Below, piece after piece: positions 49,420-64,000 of a stretch of 64,000 nt of DNA. Made by a program: the position numbers and the translations under genes. This DNA comes from Adineta vaga (Eukaryota > Animalia > Rotifera): positions 14,322,001-14,386,000 of the forward strand of contig CP075495.1 of assembly GCA_021613535.1 (NCBI GenBank), given 5' to 3'. Under the pieces are notes generated by a model. That model had not been told where the DNA came from. It did no database searches and was given only the letters and a program-made list of their open reading frames with translations. Within the stretch, counting starts at the first letter, position 1. Each line of letters starts with the position of its first letter.

Positions 49420-52400
49420 CTATTCATTGCGTTTTCTAAATGTTGATACAGACTGATTGGATATTCTACTATCATTGTTAGTTGTTGTTTGTTCATTCGT
49501 AGATTTTGAACTATTTGATTCAGTTGTTTTCTTCCGTTCCATTTGATTTATCAATCGTTCAATTGATAAACTCATCTGAAATGATAAAACACCGTTTAAT
49601 TTACAAGAAAACAGATATTTTATAAAAAGAAATCTATCTACTTGATCTAATCGACTTTCCATTCTTGAATTACTCTAAAATAACAAAAGATAAATGCATT
49701 TCTTGAACATATATAATATAAATATCGTACGTGTTCGAAACTTTTTTGTGTTTCATTAGTAACTGTTTTAAAAGCTATCAAGATTTCTTCTTTAACACTT
49801 CCTATTGTTTGATGTTGTTGTTCCGTAGTTGGTTTTGCTACACTAGAGCTATAGACACCAATATAGTTACAATTCATTTCATGGACAGAGAAATTCAATT
49901 TACTCGATCAAATTCATTGCTCTTCTTGGTTTATCATCATCGATTGTTGAAACATCTTTATTTCTATCTTTCTCTAATACGGATCGAGCATAACCATATG
50001 TTGCAGCATTTTCAAATAGATCCCAACGTTCATTTTGTGAATTTTTTAATGGAATCATTTCTAAATAAATATTGATCAACATAAAATAAAGTAAAGAACA
50101 AATTTCATTCTAATATCTTACTAAAAACAGGTGTAATCCTCTTTAATGTAGATGAAAACACTTCTGGATTGACTTCAGTTTGGCAGAATTTTGCACAAAA
50201 TGTTCGTCGAATACTTAACACAAGTAAACATAGATGTGAAATGAAAATCAATGGAGGATAGGATAATGGTAAACGTTCGAAATATTCACGAACAAATGAA
50301 TAACGTTGATAACGCCAATAAAATTCCGTATTCTCTTGTACTTTAACAATTGAGTCACTAAGTAAAGAAAACAAAATCATTTTTGTGTCATTATCAAATA
50401 TATTTTCGTTTTATATTTACGCAAAAACAGCAACTAAGAGATTAAGTAAAAGAATGTTAATAAACAGCATATGAAATGCTAATAAAACATGTGTTGCCGT
50501 TGCTTCAGCTTGATCTGTTCCTGCATCAGGATTCGTTCGATCTATTCATTAACATGATATTTAGAAAGACATAGAACAAAATTCGACTCACTATCAAGAA
50601 TATCTTTATCCGAAACTGCACCATAAATAAACCAATAAGGTTCATAAAAAATATGACTAAATATTCCACGACCAGTAAATGGAACCTTCTGATAATAAAT
50701 TAATGATCGAGAAACAACTCCATAAGCAGCAATAGCAATGAATATCATATAGACAAAAGCAAATAAATCTCGAAGCTAAAATAACTTATTCGAATTCAAT
50801 ATCTAAATATATCACTCTACTCACCATATTCTTTAACATAAATAATTTTGGACCTAAAAATTTCAACGCCATAACAAATTTTAATGAACGAATATACCAC
50901 ATTTCTAAATCTAATGCCCAAATAATTCTAAACAATAGATTAAATTTATCGTAAATATACTGAAATATTGAACAAACCTTGTCGTAGAGAGTAAACTATC
51001 ATCAAAACGTGCATATCGAAAACCAAGACCCGCATAGAAAAGAAAATAAGGTGTGATATAAAATACATTCGATAAAACGGTTAATATCGATGATCCTGTT
51101 GAACCCCATCGTTCAATCATACGTGCATCGTATTCATAATAAGTCTAGATAAAATAAACAAAGATTTTTGTCTTGAGAAAACCAAAAATATTCTCAAAGT
51201 TTCTTTTTACTTTTCGAACTTCTTCACAGAACATTGTTGAAACAGTAATAATTACATATATTTCAGTCCAATGAATTTCTACAAGACTCCGACTATCAAG
51301 ATGATAGAGCATCATATAACTGAATACCAAGAGAAACCAAATGTAACTAAGCTGAAATTATCCGAGATATGATAGATGAATTTTATGTTATGAGAAATGA
51401 TAAAATATGTTTTCTTACAAAATGATAAAGCATTTTAATCATTGGACTTCCATGAAAATATCGAAAACGTATCCAATAATGTGAACATTGTTCTTCTAAT
51501 TTTTGTTCATCTGTATAATAATTGATTCCTTCTTGAGATAATCTATAAACAAAACAAAAAACATTTCTTTCATGATTATCAAAGCATATTTATTTACTCT
51601 TCATTTTGTTTTTCCTAAAATGAAAAAAAATAAAACGAAATTTTCATATAGTAAAATCAATTTCTATTTACATACATTTGTAGAATATTTTTCTTCTTTT
51701 CGATATGTAATTAAATAAGGTGCAAGTAAACCAAGTGTTAAAACTGATGGAATTTGTGATAAACGTGCTGATGCTTGTCGATTTGTTAAACCAAGTTTAT
51801 CAAACCAAACATGATTCAATGCTTGATCAAAACATGCTGTTTCAAGTAATTTTCCACTTTCACTTGAGATCGCCACCTAAACAAATCTCCTTCTTCTTTA
51901 TTTTGTATGGAATTCACTTTTACCTGCATGCATGTGACATTTCCAAGTAATGGTATTTGTCGTAGAAGTAATTCACAAGCTCGTTCATCATTATATTCAT
52001 AACATTTATCCAAAACAGTTGCTGCATATGTTTCGAATTCTAAGGATTGTATACGAAATTTATCTGTTAGATCAACAGAATGTGATGAATCAGCATATTC
52101 TTTAAATATAGCTGAAGCAATTAATGATGCACAAATACGAGATCGAACATGAAGAAGTAAAACTTTCGCCATTTCAGGCATATCCATGAAAACTGACCAG
52201 AGAAAAAGATCACGTACCATATGATGTTTTGTATATTTAGTTTTTATTAATTTAATTTGATCATGAATACGAATCGATCGTAATTCTTGAACATCTTCAT
52301 ATGATCCACAACAAGTACATACTCGATTACTTAAATCGATTTTAATTCGATTACTAAAACTATCATCTCGAACGGAATAAATTGCACCGAAAAATGATCC

Positions 52401-54548
52401 AACAAGTTTATTTAATTTATAATCAAGTTGTTTAATTGATTCAAGTGGTAATCCACCAAATACGGTTATTACACGATTTTTATGACTCTGAAAAAAAGAA
52501 TTAAAAACAAAAAAACAGAAGATAATGAAAGACAAAATAAAACAAACTGTATTCATTGCATCATAACTTTTGTTATATAAATTGAGAATAATTGCTTGAT
52601 AACTATAAACATCATCTCTTTCAGCTAATGTTAATGGATCAAAACCAGCACTGAGAAAATATTCAACAAATCCGGGACGATTTTTTTCAAGTGATTTTAA
52701 AAATAACATCTTCTGTCGAACGATATCAGCCTAGGAGAAAAGTAAAGCAATGAGATCAATTTGAATGTGTATTGTCTGATATGGTTTACCGTCATAAAAT
52801 CATGTTTTTTCTTGACCATTTCGCCTTGTCGTGCTTGTAAAATTGTTAAAACACCATCGAAATAATTCCATTCGAGTGCTAAATCAACTAATTTATCTTC
52901 ATTATTTCGACGTTGTTTTTCTTGATCGAATAATTCAGTTTCATTCTTTTTATCAGTATCGACACTTTTTTTCTTGTTTTTCGCTACAAAATAGATGAAA
53001 GAGAACAAATGATTTAATAACACACACACACACATATATACCTGTAAATATTGCTTTAAAAATCGTTTCAGCAACATTTTTATCACGATCCAATGAGAAA
53101 ACATGTAGTAAATGACGATGATCTTCTTTTAAAATTTCTTGAATTCGTTTGATAGCTGATGATATTTCCGAATATGGTATATTTGGATAAAATCGATCAA
53201 GTGCTTGTTCAATTTCTTGTCTCGATGGATCCCTAATCAAAGAAATATTTGTTCAGATTAATCGAAATAATATTCATTATCAATTACCAATCTTGTATTC
53301 GATCAGGATTCGATGTTTGTTCAACTAAAGCAGCAAGGACATCAGCTAAACGACCACTACCCTATAGATCAACATAAATTTTATGTAGAATTAAAAAACA
53401 AAAAGTTCGAAATACAAACTTGAATTAAGACAATAGGTCGTTCGCCATTAATATCACTTTCCAGAACTTCAAGAGTTCCTAAACCTCCTTCGACAATGAT
53501 TGTTACTGGATAACCTTTGTAGAAATAATATGCATATTTGATTAATAAATAAGATTATTAATGACAAATGTACATACAGGTATGATTATCATTTCTATCT
53601 CGACATGCTTCCGTAATAAATTGATGTCGTTGTGAATCACTAAGATATTCATTTAATCGACCACTATCGAATAGAATACAATGGGTATGATTTGGTTCTA
53701 TTGTTTCTTTATCTTCTTGGACATTTTCAGGTATTTGTCTTTGACATAATGGTCGTGGAGAACCCTTTTATATAAGAAAATCAAAATTCATATTCTTATC
53801 AAAATGTTTATTTTCATTGAATTAATTTACGTTCGATGCAGTCTTCAGTTCAAGACGTGTATGTTCATTGACTGTTCCCCACATTGTCATTCCAATACAT
53901 TTCACTTTATTCGAATATTCTCGTAATAAACGATAATGTGAAATACCTTCACCAACTAATTTCGAGACACCATTATTTACTCCTGCTGTTAAAATCCATG
54001 CATCTAATATGGATTCACTATTCTTTTAAACAAAATTATTTTCTAATTTTATCTGATTACTTACCAGCCATTGTTGCAGCATCGATTACACCTCGAATAA
54101 ATTCTTTTTCAAGTCGTTCTGTCATCGTAAAATATCTCGCTCCACCATAAACACTAATAATTAAAACAGGTTTTTGATTTCCACCATCTTCAAGAATCAA
54201 TTGAAAAACATCTTTCATTGGCACACGATTATCGATGCGAATAAATTTACATCCATCAGATTTCAATGTTCCATAAACATTAATCGAAATTTTAGTTGAA
54301 TGTGTTGAATTATCTAAAAATTTCAAAGGAGGTTCCCATGATGTACTTCCATTTGCTGCCGCTTTCGATTGTAAACATTCACCAACTAGACTATGTCGAC
54401 GAACCATACGATCACAAGGACATAATTTATCCGGTTCACCATGATAATTTGAATTGACATTGAATATACTACAAGTACGAGATTTAAATTTTGGATCTTC
54501 TTGATAACGAACAATCAGATCGCACCATGAATGACTTCTATCATTCAT
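49420..54548 (-). CDS. TRPM-family cation channel, multi-exon
   Basis: SLOG/MHR motifs PVLIISVYGG, TAGVNNGVSKLVG, EPNHTHCILFD, VEGGLGTL, SGRLAD; LALEWN; RDLFLWSV; six-TM region with LGPKLFML and NILLLNLLVAVF; TRP box YWRYQRY; LSYPPLIFISH; C-terminal coiled-coil. No NUDT9-like or kinase tail seen. Confidence 0.92.
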
Positions 54549-55740
54549 TTTGATCTAAAAGTTTCTCAAGAAACTATTGTGCAATGTTGATGTATTTATA
54601 AATAATTAAAGATATATTATTAAGAATAAATGAAATTAATACAAAAAAAAGAATTCACTTCCAAACGAAAAATTCTTCTCAATAATTAAGAAGAAAGTAT
54701 TTATGAAAGGAATGAGATCTGTCTGCTGAGAATAATTTTGGATTAAATATTAAAAAGAATTCATCAAGCAAAAGTTTGTGCATACATTGATCATCAGCCG
54801 TTTTTTCCGCCTCCTTTTCTGACAGAACAAAAATAAAATCTTAAATCAATATTTATTTCATAATGAATACTAGACGTTTTTTCTCTAGAAATTCTCGAAG
54901 AAAAATCAGCAGTTCCTGTTAGTATATTATCTGTTTCCTGAAGAATTTCTTTTTTTGTTTTCTAAGAAACAACAACAGAAGATGGCATGTTATTACTTTT
55001 AGAAGAAAAAAAAACATTTTTTTATGATAAATTTTTATAAAATATGTAATCATGATTCATTGATTGTTATTCATATAACAATATGACGAAATCTTAATAG
55101 AATTTTGTTGAATATACAAAATCATTTGAATGATGTTCGATTAGATTCAATCATCGAATCTTTTCCATATCGTTATTCGGAAAAACTTAGATCCATCCCA
55201 ATGAATTCGTTGAACCTTCACCCCACGATTTCTGATCGCGATCTGTCTACGTTTTTAATACACAAATGGGAAATTATCAATGTACGTCATTATTGTCTAT
55301 AGGGATCTGATAGTTTTCGATTTCTTCGATCCTATTTTCGTCTTGACTCATCTATAATTCAGATATCCATTGATTTATTTTTTTTATGAACAAAAAATAA
55401 ATCAATTTCCCCATACACAAAAATCAATTTTTAATCGTCTAGAAAAATAATCATTTATTTTTGTTCTTGCATAATAAATCATTGATATTATGTGAAAGTT
55501 AATATATAGAAAACACTATTTCTCTAAAGACTAGGTTTTTGTTATATATGTATATATATATATATATATTCGAGTTTAATATGATTAAAAATTGGCTAAA
55601 ATATATCTCCAGAGTGGTTCAAGAGAAGAAAAAAAACAAGGAATATAAGAAAAAGATTTCTCGACGAGACAATATTCATTTGTTGGAAGTATTCAATCGA
55701 AGATACACGATTGAAACGACAAAAATCTAGTTTTTGTATC

Positions 55741-58700
55741 ATGAAAAATTTCTTCTTCTTATTTCTTACTAATACGATTATCTTTGCTCAATTCGATGGT
55801 AAGTAAAAGATATTCATATAGAGAAGAAAATGGTCTTTCATTTGTATAAATCTTAGATGGACAAATTGTTTTGGATCGATCGAAAACATCACCTGATCCG
55901 GATGGGAATTATCGTGTTTTAAATTATGAATTTAAATGTTTTCAACAATTATCAACATGTTCAACACATGGTTGGTCACTTCGATTTAAATTACGTCTTA
56001 ATCCATCGAATTCATATGATCGTGAACATAAATATCTATTATTTAGTACCGGCGCACATGAACCATATAGTGATGGAATGTTAATATATTTATATCAATC
56101 AAAGAATGCATCATATTTAGAATTTGGTTTAAAAGAATTTCATAATGATCAAATTGCATTTTATTGGCAAATTGAAGTTGATTTAGAATTAAATAGATGG
56201 ATTGATATTGCTACAACTATTCAATTAGCAAGTAAAGCATCGAATCAACATCATCAAATGACGATCTATTTCGACGGTTATTTATATAAGAAAACAGATA
56301 TGGAAAAATATACGGAATTATTTATATTTAAATATGATAAAATACATTCGAAATCAGCGATTATCTATGGGAATGATACGGAAGTTGCGATGTTTAAAGA
56401 AATTGTTTATTATGAACGAATTTTAATGGATATTGAAATAGCGAATGGTAAGAATTTCTTTTCATATGATTTGTTCTTTTATTTAAATAAAATTTTAGTT
56501 ACACCGAACGATGTTTCATTGGGATGTGTGAAAAAAAATGATCGCCTTCATCAATATTTAATTCCTCAAATGTTTGATTATTGGAGAGAATGTCGTAATG
56601 AATGTCATGAACGAAAGATGAAGGTTAGTTCGTTTAGAAACAGTTCTTCTTCAGACTGAAATTTATATAATTCATTTTTTATTAGATTGCTTTATATTCA
56701 GCAAATAGTGGCCGATGTGGATGTATGTTAAGTTCATATGAATTAGATTTATCATTTCAACTTGATAAGAAATGTGTTTGTCCGTTCAATAAACCATGTT
56801 CCAATACGGATGAATGGCACATTTTCATGGTATCGAATGTAATCGATTTAATTGATGCAGAAGTTGGTATGTTGATTTTGTTTTTCGAAGAATGAAATAA
56901 AAAAAAAGTGACGAACTTATCTTTTTAGGTTTGGAAATTCGAATGGCCGATGCAAGTTTTCTAACTCATAGTCGAACACGTGTTCAACGAAATGAAGGAG
57001 TGGAAATCATTGTTTCAGTTAAAAATGAACGAAATCTTGCTTCTTTAACTGTCTATGGTGATATCGAAGGTCACGAACCAACAAGTACAAATTCAAGTTC
57101 CAATGAAATTTATATTACTGCTGGTGTTGTAAGTATATTTTTATATAGAGAATTTGTTTGTTCATTCTATTGGTTGTTTTTAGGTAAACTTATCTTGGAA
57201 AAATGAAGGTCCAAAAAAAGTTCAATTTCGTGCTGATTATCGTCGAATGGTTCATAAAGAAACAGCAGAATATCGAACTGTTTATGTTGATGTTGTCTAT
57301 GTTAAAACTGATTTACCATTAAAATTTATTCATCTTTCACCTGATAGTCCAAATTATCAAAATTATCAAAATTTTACAGTTCAAACTTATGGTAGAAAAC
57401 AAGTTTTCCTTTGTTAATTCATACATTTCATAATCGTTTATTTCAGGAAGTGTTCCAATCAATTGTACATTGGACTATGGTGATGGACATCGACAAACCA
57501 ATGGTACTAGTCGTCATCAATATTATACAGCATATTTTGCACGAAATTATACACGTTATGGTGAATATAATGTATCCGTACGATGTTTTAATGAACTTAG
57601 TATCAATACAACACAAATAATACGAACTGTTCGACGAAATGAAATGAATCGAAAAATGATTATATATTCAAATGTAATGGAAACATCGGATATAACAAGA
57701 TTTAATATTTTATCAAAAAATGATTATTCATTTCGACATCCTGATTGTTTACATTTAAGAAATACGATTACGAATGAAACAATGAAATTAATTTGGAGAA
57801 AGAAAACATTAGAAGTTATACCAAATGAAGTAAATTTTATTATATCGAAAATTTTCATCGAAATTTTCTTTCCTTGTTTTAGCCATTATCAATTGGTAAA
57901 CATTTCTATCAACTTCAATGTGATTCCATGGCATTACAACCGTATATTCTCAATGTTCAACCAGCTATTCGTTCATTAGAACTTGAAGCATCGAAAACAA
58001 CGATTAAAAGTGGTGAATCAATCGATTTTTCTATTACACTTGAACCAACAGTTGATCTAACGATTATTTTCGATTGTGATATCGAACAAGTACCACTAGA
58101 AATCATTTATATTGAAAAAATAAACGATTTTTCATCGATATCAATCGGTAATTGTACATATTCAACAGCTGGTCAATACCATCCAATGATTAGTGTTATG
58201 AATCGTATTAATATTCATAATCAAAGCAATTTAATTATTGTTGAACTACCTTTATCACCATTTAAAGTTGAAATTGAAGATCGTTTTGATATAAATCAAT
58301 TAACATTAATAACAATACAATCATTAGAACAAATTCCATTCGAAGGAAACTTTCTATTAACAATACTTAATAATTTCAATGAAAAAAATCAAACGAAAAT
58401 TGAACGTGTTCAATTGATGAAATCAAATAATTTCACTGAACATTTATATATGAATATAACATCATATGGTAAACAGATTCTTCATGTACAAGGAGGTGAT
58501 CATCCAACTATTCGACAAGCACAAGCAACATTTATAATTGGAACAGATATAACCATAGAACCACAAGTTTATATTGTTAATCAAATTGGTTTTGTTAATG
58601 AAGATTATATTTGGATTGATTTACAATGGATAAATGGAATTGGTTTCGATATAGAGATTAATTATGATCAAGAAAAACAATTTCTTCTTCGTTATGAACA

Positions 58701-61700
58701 ATTTATATCAACTTTTTCTAATCGTACAATAAGAAAAACTGATGATATTCATCAAATACAATGGAAACGAGTAGGAAAACAACGTTTACAAGTTGGTTAT
58801 AAGTAAGATACCTTCATTGAATTTGTCTATCCTTTTTATTTTCATTTCAAATTCAGATTTACAAAAGCTGGTACATTTATCATCGATGTAACATTTATTC
58901 AACCATCATCCAAACGTTTACCGATTATTATCAAATGTCCAACAGTAACAATTGTTAAAGAAACAATTCGAAAAGAAGAAACATGTTTTCATGAAAAACA
59001 ATTTCATTTAATTTCATCGAATTCGTTAAATAATGTGACAATAACATCACCTGTTCTTCTTCTACCACATAATCTTCAACATGATCTCGAACCACATTTA
59101 ACAACAAATTGTTATGCTCAAGATCTACTATATTCCTTTTATCTTCTTTCAATTGATCCATTACAATGGAGATATTCACGTACACAACGTTATTTAATGT
59201 CAACTAGTCCGTCATTTCAAGATACATTTCTGGAAAAGTATTGTTCAAAATTTGGTGAAAATTCTACATTAACAATCGAACCCAAATCACTTCCACATGG
59301 TTATTATGTTTCGGTATTTACCATAACAAAAAGTTCGAATTTAGCGGATTTTCGACAATTTATTCAACCAATAGAAATTATTCGTTCTGATTTAATTACA
59401 ACATTTGGTGGAAATGAAACGATTACAAATGATGTAAATGAATTAAATTTAGATTTTTATTTCACAACCATTGATCCTGATTACAATGAATTCGATCGAC
59501 GAAAATTAAATTTTACATTAATTTGTTTTCCCGAATATCTTCAATCGATAATTTTTCAACCAAATATTATACAATTAGGTTCATCAAGACCAACCGAAAC
59601 TAATCCACAAAATCTCAATCAATGGTCAATACAATGGACGAATTTAAATTCAATTTTTCGTCGATTAGATATTAATCTTCATGTTTATGAAAATCAATGT
59701 TTTAAATCTAATAAACAAGAAGAATTAATTCAATTTGATACTCAAACAAAAACTTTACATATTCATGAAAGTAATCTCGTATTCAATAATGGAACACTTC
59801 ATTTTCTTCTAATTGTTCGACATCTAATCGATGGAAGACAATTAATTGCACGATTGAAAGTTGATCAACAATTGTCACTTGATTTTGATACAACAGATTT
59901 AGGTGCATTAGAAGATGTAATGGGAAATTTAGATGATTTAGCATCAGCAAATCCAAAGAAAGCTGTAGAATTTATTAGTGGTTTAGCAGATCGACTTAAT
60001 GAAATGAGTGATAATTCGGTAGTGAAAGAGTATTTTAGTTAATGAATGACTTTCATTTTTCTTTTTGTATGAATAGACATCGGGAGATACAAGTGAAGCA
60101 GATATCAAAGCAATGAATCAACGAATGGCAGCAGTAGGTTTTAGTTTCTTTTTTAGTTTACAGAAGTTTGAATGAATATTTTAGATGCGATCTAAAATGT
60201 TATCATCAATGGATACAGTTCTTGATTCATCAAATGATCCAAGTATGGTTAATAAAGCATTAAAAGCAAGTGCAACAGTGACAGCTAATAGTGATCAAAT
60301 GCCATTAGATAATCAAGTTTGTTTCTTTTCATTTGACTGATATTATCGAATCAGTTTGTCTCTTGTAGGAAAAAGGAGCAAATATTATTGAAAAAGTGGG
60401 TGCTAAAGTCAAAGATATGGAATCTGCAGATGATAATACTGTCACTGGTCTTGCTTCATGTCTGTATTTGGTTTTTAAACCATTTCATTGATAGAAAATC
60501 GATTATTTTCTTTTAGCTTTGATGGATGTTGGTAGTAATGTTTTACAAGCTGCATCAAAAACTGTTTCAAAAGATAAAGAAAATGATCCCGGTGCTGTTA
60601 TTGAAGTATGTAGATATACTTGAAACAAGATTGTCTCCCTTTAATACTAAGAAAAAAAATTTAGAATCTAGAATCTGATATGAAAGCAACAGAAGATGAA
60701 GAAACAGATACGAAAGTTCTCTATGCACCAACACAATTCTATGATGCATGTGATGAATGTGATACATTACCAGAAGAACGTTGGGAAGAGTATCGAAAGA
60801 AATTAGATGAAGAAAAGAAAACAATTATTCAAGGACGTGAACGAGTAATACTTTTGTTAACGAAATCATTTTCTTTAATTACGGAAAATTTTTCATAGGC
60901 TTCGAGTATTGCTAAACGAAGTTCCGGTGGATTATTTACCGTTGGTGATGTTTTAGCAAATCGTTCATCAACAAATGAGACAAAAACCATTGAAAGTAAA
61001 ACAATGGCAATGACTTTTACAAAAGCAAATCCTGATGGTAGAAATAACGATTCTTTAGTTAATGATAAAAACAATGTTTGTTGTTGTTTTTTTTTCTCGT
61101 GAAATTCTAGGTAAATCAAGTTTATCAGCTGGTGATACAAGTATTCGTTTACCAGTTCTATCTGATCTCAATACAGATTCTGGTTCCTCTGAAATCTTTA
61201 CAAAAGTACTTGAATCAAAAGAAAATCCATATGCAAGTGCACATGGACATTCGAGCGTCGAAGGAAGTGTTGTTAGTATCATCTTGTCACGACCAGATGG
61301 TTCTGAAATGCCTGTACAAAATACCAGTAAACCAATATCCATTCGTTTGACAAGACCTATTGATAAACGACCAAAACCTGAACAATATGAATTAAACGGA
61401 ACATTCTTTCGATATCATAAACTTACTTTACCAGATAAACATATGACTTTATCTGTTTATGTTTCTCCAAATTCATCACCCATGGATCTCTATGGAATTT
61501 ATGTTTCTTTCGGAACAAATGAGTCAATATTAGAATCACCTACAGAATCTAAATTTGATCTCCTTTTTGTTTTACCAAATCGAACAGCATTTACATCAAC
61601 ATCAGATATCAATATGAATGACGAAGACGAATTACGACATACAATTTTAATCCCACCTAGTGTTCATTTTGGAAATGGAACATATATTTTTGGTATTAAA

Positions 61701-64000
61701 TTGATTAGTAAGTGTATTTTTCTTCATTCGAAAAGAAATGATCTTATTTTGACAATCTTCTCCCCTTTAGATGCAAGTACAACCATGAATTTAACGGAAT
61801 ATCAATCGAGTTATACGATCAATATGTATGTATCAAAATGTCAATATTGGGATGAAAAACGATTCGTTTGGAGTTCCGATGGATGTCAGGTAAAGTTGCC
61901 TTTTTCCTTTGTTGAATCTATTTTCACATAATTTGAATAGGTTGGGTCATTGACAACATTGAAATCAACTGAATGTCTTTGTACACATTTGACAACATTT
62001 GGAAGTGATTTCTATGTTCCACCAAATACAATTGATTTTAAAACAGTTTTTACAAAATTTAAAAAATTACATGAAAATGCAGCAGTCTTCAGTACAGTGA
62101 TTGTTATTTTTGGCATATATGTTATCGCGGCCATTTGGGCAAGAAGAAAAGATGAACGCGATTTAGTCAAAGTAATGTATTTCATATACAACTACTATTT
62201 TCCATTGAGAATTCATCGAATATCAATGTGTTTCATATCTTTTAGTGGACAGCCGCACCACTTATTGATAATCTTCCTATTGATACTTATCATTATTTAA
62301 TTACAGTTCATACGGGTGTTGGTAAAGAATCTGGTACAACATCACATATAAATTTTGTCATCTCTGGTGAATTATCGGATAGTGGTGTACGAAAATTATC
62401 AGATGGCAAAACTCAAGTAAGTCAATCTGGAGTAGAGATGAATTGATTGAGAGAAAATTGTCTTCTAGGAATTTTCAGCTGGTAGTGTTCGAAATTTTGT
62501 AATGAGTGTAGAAGCACCGCTAGGTCCATTACTTTATCTTCGCGTTTGGCATGATAATTCTGGTGGAAAAGGCAAATCTTCTTGGTTTTTAAATATGATT
62601 AATGTTATGAATTTACAAACAGGTGAAAAGTAAGAATTCTCAATTGTCTATTCGAATACACTTTCTATTTATTAAAAGGAATTATTTCATTTGTGATAAT
62701 TGGCTTGCTGTTGAAAAAGGTGATGGTCTCGTTGATCGTGTCGTACCATTAGCTTCATCAAAAGAATTGAAAAGTTTTGCACATTTATTTACTCAATCGG
62801 TAAAGAAGAAATTCAGCGATGGACATTTATGGTATTCCGTATTTTCACGTCCTGTTCGAAGTAATTTCACTCGATTACAACGTATATCTTGTTGTATATC
62901 ATTACTTTTCTGTACAATGATATCGAATGCCATGTTTTATCGACAAGATACTCAAGGTCGACCAAATAAAGCTGGAGTTTTAATGAAAATTGGTCCAATT
63001 GAATTTACTTTAACACAATTATGGATAAGTTTCATTAGTACATTAGTTGTATTACCAGTCAATCTTCTAATTGTAACATTATTTCGTAAAGCAAAATATA
63101 GTCAAAAAACATTAATAACATATCATTTACAAGAAAGAAAACGTCGCAATAAAGCCAGTGAAAATAATGAACAATATCGAAAAACAATGAAGTTTGTGAT
63201 CATATCGAATTTGTAAGAAAGAAAATTTTGAATTTTGTTTTTTATTTTAGTTTCTTTTTTCGACGAAAACAACGTCAATTGAAACATTCCGAAGGATATG
63301 ATGAAACAGATATTGAACGTATTGGTGCAATACCATCAATTGAAGATAAAACTAGAACATTTCCACATTGGACTATTTATATTGCTTGGACATGTAAGTT
63401 TCTATATAAATTTCAATCATTATCTTTTCATATTTTTTCGTTCATTAGTGGTTATGTTAAGTATATTGACATGTTCATTTTTTATTATACTTTATTCATT
63501 GGAATGGGGAGCTAAACGTGCAAATGAATGGTTAATAACAATGATGCTTTCATTTGGTCAATCAATTCTTGTTATTGATCCTTTGAAAGTATTCTTTATT
63601 ACAGCAATTATAAGTTTTCTTATTCGTCGACCATATGATGATGAAACATTAGATTTTAATGATCCATTTACTGGAGCTTTAATTTCGAATCATAACATTG
63701 CGAATATTGATGGAAAAGACATCTATAATGATGCCAATGTTAAAGGTAATATTCAAATAAAAGAGAAAGAGAGAGACGAAGGATCGGTATGTTTATCTTT
63801 AGAAATCGCACGTCAACGTCGTGTACGTTTATTTAATTTGCGTCCAATTGATTCAACTGAAATGGCTCGTGCACGTGATCAACGTTTACGTGAAATAAAA
63901 ATGGGTGAAGTTATTCGTGAAATAATTATTTATATATTTTTTACAATTGTTCTATTATTTCTCTGCTATCAAGCGCGAGATACAAATTCCTATGGTTTAT
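55741..64000 (+). CDS. Polycystin-1-like (PKD1L/REJ family) protein, 3' end beyond the window
   Basis: Signal-like start MKNFFFLFLTN at 55741; LamG-like and WSC-like (LGCV...CRNEC...RCGC) regions; PKD-type repeats (LDYGDG, YSTAGQYHP); REJ-like region; GPS CQYWDEKRFVWSSDGCQV...CLCTHLTTFG; TM; PLAT (YLITVHTG, LRVWHDNSG, WFL, FICDNWLAVEKGDG); DGHLWYSVF...FTRLQRISCC. Confidence 0.92.

Overview
Very AT-rich eukaryotic DNA with many short (~50-60 nt) GT-AG introns; composition and gene style suggest a bdelloid rotifer (inference). Host genes in order: soluble adenylyl cyclase ADCY10-like (-), STYXL1/MK-STYX-like phosphatase with an intact catalytic motif (-), EF-hand nicotinamidase (-), a decayed ACSL3/4-like pseudogene absent from the ORF track (+), AMMECR1 (+), muscarinic-type GPCR with a very long third loop (-), intronless fringe-like glycosyltransferase (-), calpain with a predicted C-terminal membrane anchor (-) and an intronic tRNA-Glu-like element, a small 2-TM protein (-), a TRPM channel (-) and a polycystin-1-like gene (+, runs off the window). 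The standout is a 6.19-kb foldback/MULE-like element (37241-43428). It has long modular inverted arms (~1.7 and ~1.25 kb) and a perfect 9-11 bp target-site duplication. It carries no transposase or gag/pol. Its only recognisable cargo is a viral-type class I fusion (env/F-like) glycoprotein gene with its own TATA box, 5'UTR intron and poly(A) signal, split by a single-base frameshift in the fusion peptide. It sits in a nest of smaller DNA-transposon remnants (34.3-44.4 kb). Family assignments are by recognition of motifs; no database search was run.
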